The notes under the pieces were generated by a model. That model did not search any database. It saw only the letters and a list, made by a program, of their open reading frames with translations, and was not told where the DNA came from. Below, in pieces: positions 59,101 through 64,000 of a stretch of DNA of 64,000 nucleotides. This stretch comes from Candidatus Marinacidobacterales bacterium (GTDB lineage: Bacteria > Acidobacteriota > Vicinamibacteria > Marinacidobacterales > DATDRI01), in contig OZ245365.1 in the NCBI GenBank assembly GCA_965226495.1, forward strand, positions 4,000,001-4,064,000, given 5' to 3'. Both the position numbers and the translations under genes were made by a program. The first letter of the stretch is position 1. Each line of letters begins with the position of its first letter.

Positions 59101-60168
59101 ATGATCGAAAAAGTCAAGACGTACTTCGAAACGCTTGAAAGTCTCTCCACGGAGGAGCTCGACCATTCTGTCGAAAAGCTGGTACGGGCCGAGAAACGAA
59201 ACGTGGCGCTCGTCATCGCTCACATCGCTGAGATGTCGAGAAGAAAGGGCTATCTCGAGCGAGGCTACAAAAATCTCTTTGCGTACTGCACCGAGCGCTT
59301 GAACCTAAGCGAGGGTTCAGTCGCCCGGCGGATTCAGGTGGCCAATGTGTCGAAGCGTTTTCCGCAACTCCTCGTTGCGTTGGCGGAGAATCGGGTAAGC
59401 CTAACCGTCTCCGGTTTGCTCGCCCCGCATCTTCGGGAGGAAAACGTCGAGAGACTTCTAAGCGACTGCGCCGGGATGACCAAGCGCGAGGTCGAGGAAT
59501 ATCTCGTCGCGCTACAGCCGAAACCTGTCTTTGCGCCTTCGATTCGAAAGACCCCTTCTCGGTCAGCTCTGACCCCACCTCCGAGTGTGCAACCTCGGGT
59601 GGTGTCCGAGACGCCGCGCCCCGCTCCTCGAGTGTCGCCGAGTATTCTCGAGCCGGCGAGGCCGGAGGTATTCAATTTCCGCTTTGCCGCCGACCGGCAG
59701 TTCAAGGAGAAGTTCGAGCGCCTGGCGGAAGTCCTCGGGGTTGAGAACCCTCTACTACACATGACCGAAGTCATGGAGCAAGCCTTGGATATCGCCCTCG
59801 ACAAGAAAGACCTGAAGAGAAAGCGCGCACGGCGGCTGGAACGCCAATCGACGACCGGCGACAAACCTCGCCCGGGCGAGGTTTCCGCGAAGTCCCGCTA
59901 CATCCCCTCCGAGGTTCGCGAAGGGGTGCACGAGCGGGCTGGATACCAGTGTGAATACCGGGGCCCGGATGGGACTCGGTGTCGCGCGCGAGCGGGACTC
60001 CAGATCGAGCACCTGCGGCCCTTTGCCTTGAAGGGCAGCCACGACGAGAGGAATCTACGCCTTCACTGCGGACCCCACAATCGCCTAACGGCAGAGCGAA
60101 TGTTCGGCGTGGCCTTCATCCGAAAGAAGATCGAGACCTCTCGCCGAAAGCCTTCGCCGAAACGCTAG
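59101..60168 (+). CDS. HNH endonuclease with DUF222-like N-terminal domain
   Basis: GYKNLFAYCTERLNLSEG..RRI; C-terminal QCEY..RC..QIEHLRP..NLRLHCGPHN. Confidence 0.85.
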   Translation: MIEKVKTYFETLESLSTEELDHSVEKLVRAEKRNVALVIAHIAEMSRRKGYLERGYKNLFAYCTERLNLSEGSVARRIQVANVSKRFPQLLVALAENRVSLTVSGLLAPHLREENVERLLSDCAGMTKREVEEYLVALQPKPVFAPSIRKTPSRSALTPPPSVQPRVVSETPRPAPRVSPSILEPARPEVFNFRFAADRQFKEKFERLAEVLGVENPLLHMTEVMEQALDIALDKKDLKRKRARRLERQSTTGDKPRPGEVSAKSRYIPSEVREGVHERAGYQCEYRGPDGTRCRARAGLQIEHLRPFALKGSHDERNLRLHCGPHNRLTAERMFGVAFIRKKIETSRRKPSPKR

Positions 60169-62175
60169 ACGGCCAGGAGCGAAACGCGTATGCTGCCAAC
60201 TAGTTGACTCACCCGGCGGCCGACACCCCTGGCTCTGGACATGATCGGAACGACAGTTTCGCACTTCAAGATCCTCGAAAAGATCGGCGAGGGAGGCATG
60301 GGAGAAGTCTACCTTGCTGAAGACACGAAGCTGAGACGCAAGGTCGCCCTAAAATTTCTCTCCAGAGATCTCACGCGCGATGAAGAACGAAACCAGCGAT
60401 TCGTTCAAGAAGCGCGAACCGCGGCCGCCATCGAACATCCTCATGTGGCGGCTGTCTATGACATCGATGAGAACGAGGAACGTACCTTCATCGCCATGGA
60501 GTACGTGCGAGGGCAGAGTCTCCGCCAAGCCATCGACAAAAAGGAACTCGATTTGCGGAAGTCCCTCGAGCTCGCGACACAGATTGCAGAGGCACTTTCG
60601 CTTGCGCATGAGCGGGGTGTGATCCACCGTGATCTCAAGCCCCAAAACGTACTCATCTCCGAACAAGGATACGCCAAGGTCATCGATTTTGGACTCGCCA
60701 AGCTTCTCGAGCCTCCAGTCGAGGCGAGCGAGGGCGACACTGAGACGATGTTCAAGACCCGAGAAGGTCGTGTCGTAGGCACCATCGCTTACATGTCACC
60801 CGAGCAAGCACGCGGGCAGGCCGTCGACGCCTCGAGCGACGTCTTCTCATTCGGAGTCGTCCTCCACGAGATGCTCTCGGGCGAGCACCCCTTCAGAAGG
60901 GAAGGCTCCCTCGAGACCTTGCACGCCATCGTCCACGACTCGGCGGATCCGCTAAAGCTACCTTCGGGAGACACCCCCGGCGAGCTTCTGCGCATCGTCA
61001 AGAAAGCGACGGCTAAGGATCGGGGCGAGCGTTATCAGACCATGAAGGATCTGGCTCTGGACCTACGGGAGCTGCGGCGAGAGATAGAGAGCGGCGAGCG
61101 TCCGATCACGAAGGGCCGGAAGGGCTCGCACGTGGGTCGGTGGGGCTGGGTAGCCGCTATCGCTATTGGCATTGCCACAGCAGTCTACGTCACCGGCAAC
61201 AAATCGGATCGTCCACTGCCAGGCATCGGCACCTCGGGAAGACCCGCCATCGCCGTGATGTACTTCGAGAACAACACCGGGGAGGAGGAGATTCGCTGGC
61301 TTTCGAAAGGCCTTCCTAGCATGCTCATTACGGATCTAGCCCAAACACCCGGCTTGGATGTCGTGAGCAGCCAGCGTATCCAAGAGGTCCTAGAAGACAT
61401 CGGAGAGGGAGAGCTCGAAACCATCAAGAGGAGCCTAGTTCCTGAAATCGCGCGGCGCGCGGGAGCCGGGGCCGTGGTCGTTGGCAGCATTTTCAAGTCC
61501 GGCCAAGAAATCCGGATCGATGTTCAGATCGAAGACGTAGAGAGTGGTCGGGTTCTTTCCGCAGAGAGCGTCAGGGGTGATGACGTTTTTCCACTGATCG
61601 ATGATCTCACTGGCCGCATCCGGGCCAGCCTCGAGCTGAGCGATTCTCCGAGCAGTCGTCCGATCTCTGAAGTCACAACGCAATCGCTCGAAGCTTATCG
61701 ATTCTACACTCGAGGTCTAGAGGCCAAGGCGAACATTCGGCACGACCCGGCAAGACGCGATTTGCAAGAAGCGGTACGGCTCGATCCCTCGTTTGCTATG
61801 GCGTACTTCCATCTTTGGGACCTTGCCGAGTTCGAGGGGGACGCTGCGGCCGCCGAGCGAAATCGCAAAAAGACACTGGAACACATCGATCGGCTCCCGG
61901 AGAGACACAAACTAGTCGTCGAGGCGTCTTTGGAAGTAGAAACCAATCCCTCGAAAGCTGCGGAGCTACTCGAGTCTCTTCTCGCCCGTCACCCCGACGA
62001 GAGTGACGCTTGGACTCGTCTGGCATGGATTTACTATCCCCGACTCGATGACACGGCAAGGGCCGTGGAGACACTCGGACGCGGAGTGAAAGCGATACCC
62101 GACGACGTTCTGTTCTAGTTCAGTTGAAACGTGACACCAACCGGCTCCAAGATAAGGAGCCCAGAGGAGTCACAG

Positions 62176-62502
62176 ATGAGCCATCAAACCCGCCGAAAGT
62201 TCAGCGCCGAGGAAAAGGCCGCGTTGGTGCGCCAGCACCTTGTGGACAAGAAGCCCGTGTCGGACGTGTGCGACGAGCACGGCATCCAGCCGAGCGTGTT
62301 CTACAACTGGCAGCGTCAGCTGATGGAGAATATGGCCGCCTCTCTCGACGGGGGCGCACGGCATCGCAAGAGCAACGGGCAGGAGGAAAGGCTCGCGCGC
62401 GAGATCGAATCGTTGAGGGCAAAGCTCGCGAAGAAGGACAACGTGATCGCGGAGGTGTCGGAAGAGTTTGTACGCCTAAAAAAAGAACTTGGGGAGCCCT
62501 GA
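62176..62502 (+). CDS. IS3 OrfA (HTH)
   Basis: RRKFSAEEK..VSDVCDEHGI..FYNW; GAGGAG RBS; A7G slippery site 62478-62485. Confidence 0.9.
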   Translation: MSHQTRRKFSAEEKAALVRQHLVDKKPVSDVCDEHGIQPSVFYNWQRQLMENMAASLDGGARHRKSNGQEERLAREIESLRAKLAKKDNVIAEVSEEFVRLKKELGEP

Positions 62503-63470
62503 CGGGTCGCTGGGTCCCCCCCGATACCCGAGACGAGGTCGTGGACTTCGTGACGAAGTGGTCGGCTACAACCGAGCTGCCGGCGACGCGGTTCGCAGCG
62601 TGGTTGGGTGTCGCCCGTGGAAAATACTACGCGTGGAAAGACCACTACGGCCGCGCCCACGAGCATAACGGCAAGATTCCGCGAGATCACTGGATCGAAG
62701 CGCGGGAGCGAGAGGCGATCCTCGACTACTTCGATGCCCATCCCCTCGACGGCTATCGTCGCCTAAGCTTCATGATGCTCGACGAGGATGTCGTCGCCGT
62801 GAGCCCGTCGACGGCGTTCCGGACGCTGCGGGACGCGGGCCGTCTCGATCGCTTCAATGGTCGGCCATCGAAGAAGGGTAGCGGATTCGTGCAGCCTGAC
62901 GGGGCTCACAAGCACTGGCATATCGACATCTCGTACCTCAACCTCGCCGGGACCTTCTACTATCTGTGCTCGATTCTCGACGGCTACAGCCGTTTCATTG
63001 TCCATTGGGAAATCCGCGAGTCGATGAAGGAGTCCGAAGTCGAGACCATCCTGCAGCGAGCACGCGAGAAGTTTCCCGATGCTCGCCCTCGCATCATCAG
63101 CGACAACGGACCGCAGTTCATCGCTCGCGACTTCAAGGCGTTCATTCGACTCTCAGGCATGACCCACGTTCGAACCGCACCCTACTACCCGCAGTCCAAC
63201 GGCAAGATCGAGGCGTGGCACAAGACGCTCAAAACCACGACCATCCGGCCCAATGCTCCAGCGTCCGTCGACGACGCCCGTCGCCTCGTCGCGTCCTTCG
63301 TCACCTACTACAACGACAAGCGTCTTCACAGCGCCACAGGCTACATCGCACCCGCCGACAAGCTCGCTGGCCGAGAACACATCATCTGGACCCAACGCGA
63401 TGCTAAGCTCGAGGCGGCTCGCGAGCTTCGACGTCAACGCCGCGCTCAACTCCGGGAGATACCAGCGTGA
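62478..63470 (+). CDS. IS3 OrfB DDE transposase, joined to OrfA by -1 programmed frameshift
   Basis: WHIDISY, ISDNGPQF, PQSNGKIEAW, YNDKRLHS. Confidence 0.9.
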   Translation, partial: KKRTWGALTGRWVPPDTRDEVVDFVTKWSATTELPATRFAAWLGVARGKYYAWKDHYGRAHEHNGKIPRDHWIEAREREAILDYFDAHPLDGYRRLSFMMLDEDVVAVSPSTAFRTLRDAGRLDRFNGRPSKKGSGFVQPDGAHKHWHIDISYLNLAGTFYYLCSILDGYSRFIVHWEIRESMKESEVETILQRAREKFPDARPRIISDNGPQFIARDFKAFIRLSGMTHVRTAPYYPQSNGKIEAWHKTLKTTTIRPNAPASVDDARRLVASFVTYYNDKRLHSATGYIAPADKLAGREHIIWTQRDAKLEAARELRRQRRAQLREIPA

Positions 63471-64000
63471 TCGTCCGTTTCAACAGCCTCAGTCCAACAC
63501 GTGTTCGACTGCGTTATCCTGCTAACCGCAATGTCGCGTTCCCGCTGAACCAATACAGTTCCGCTCCGCCTCCACTATGGGTACAATCTACTGTGGGCGG
63601 GACGCTACCCTGAAGCAATTAGCCAATTCCAAACCTACGCTCAACTAAGGCCAAGAGAACCGAACCCCTACGATAGCCTTGGCGAGGCCTATCTCCATTC
63701 CGGAGAGCCGGAACGGGCGCTCGAGACATTTGGAAAGATCGTCGATCCCTCGTACCCCCTACCATCACAAGGGCCGCGCGGACGCGTATGCCATTCTAGG
63801 ACGCTATGACGAAGCGCTGGCCGAGTTGGCTAGCTACGAGAATCTCATCTCTGACGAGGAGGCCCAATGGCGAAGTCCGCACCTTATTCATTTCACCAAG
63901 GCCTTCCTCCTTTCCCGACTGGGACGCTACCGAGAAGCCGAGACGGTTCTGCAGAAAGGTATCGAGCGAGCAAGGGAGCTCGAACAACTTGAAACCGAGG

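Larger units (their letters stand above)
62111..63557 (+). mobile_element. IS3-family insertion sequence, 1447 bp
   Basis: TG..CA ends; IRL TGTTCTAGTTCAGTTGAAACGTGACA vs IRR(rc) TGTATTGGTTCAGCGGGAACGCGACA; GTTC duplicated at 62107-62110 and 63558-63561. Confidence 0.95.
60241..64000 (+). pseudogene. Ser/Thr kinase-TM-TolB-N-like-TPR gene interrupted by IS3 (continues past window)
   Basis: GEGGMGEVY, HRDLKPQN, DFGLAK, YMSPEQ; removing the IS plus one TSD restores DDVPLRLHYG..PNPYDSLGEAY. Confidence 0.9.

Noticed and set aside
59101-60168. IscB/Cas9-like OMEGA nuclease
   Set aside because: No PLMP or split RuvC motifs; the HNH is C-terminal behind a DUF222-like helical region
62124-62477. 448-aa single transposase ORF starting at 62124
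   Set aside because: The N-terminal part is the alternative frame of OrfA; the true product arises by -1 frameshift at A7G

Overview
GC-rich bacterial chromosomal window. Gene content (TolB-N/TPR Ser/Thr kinases, ECF42-type sigma factor, orphan MacB-type ATPase, DinB proteins) suggests Acidobacteriota (Vicinamibacteria-like); this is inference only. Bases 1-~4030 are the end of an integrated phage-satellite/prophage-like element: AlpA, PriCT-VapE helicase, an iteron origin, small ORFs and an HK97-type prohead protease running off the window edge. The rest is mostly metabolic/accessory host DNA. It includes a TPAT (TatT-TRAP) transporter, EtfBA, a Nit1C (MSMEG_0572-0567) nitrilase cluster with a damaged radical SAM gene and no nitH, a DegP/RR/HK module, VapBC, amidase, arylsulfatase, secreted proteins, an ECF sigma module, fumC, a subtilase, a MocR-controlled decarboxylase/EamA/DinB operon, a TAXI-TRAP transporter, pirin, a DUF222-like HNH gene and a Ser/Thr kinase split by an IS3 (IRs and 4-bp TSD visible). 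The best candidates for undescribed biology are: (1) a translationally coupled GT2 / nucleoside phosphorylase-like / SplB-like radical SAM / SDR operon whose radical SAM appears to lack two SP-lyase catalytic residues; (2) the capsid-gene-carrying satellite-like element; (3) a highly structured ~155-nt element upstream of Nit1C. Several genes carry single-base homopolymer indels, so some apparent pseudogenes may be sequencing errors. No tRNA, rRNA or CRISPR array was recognised.
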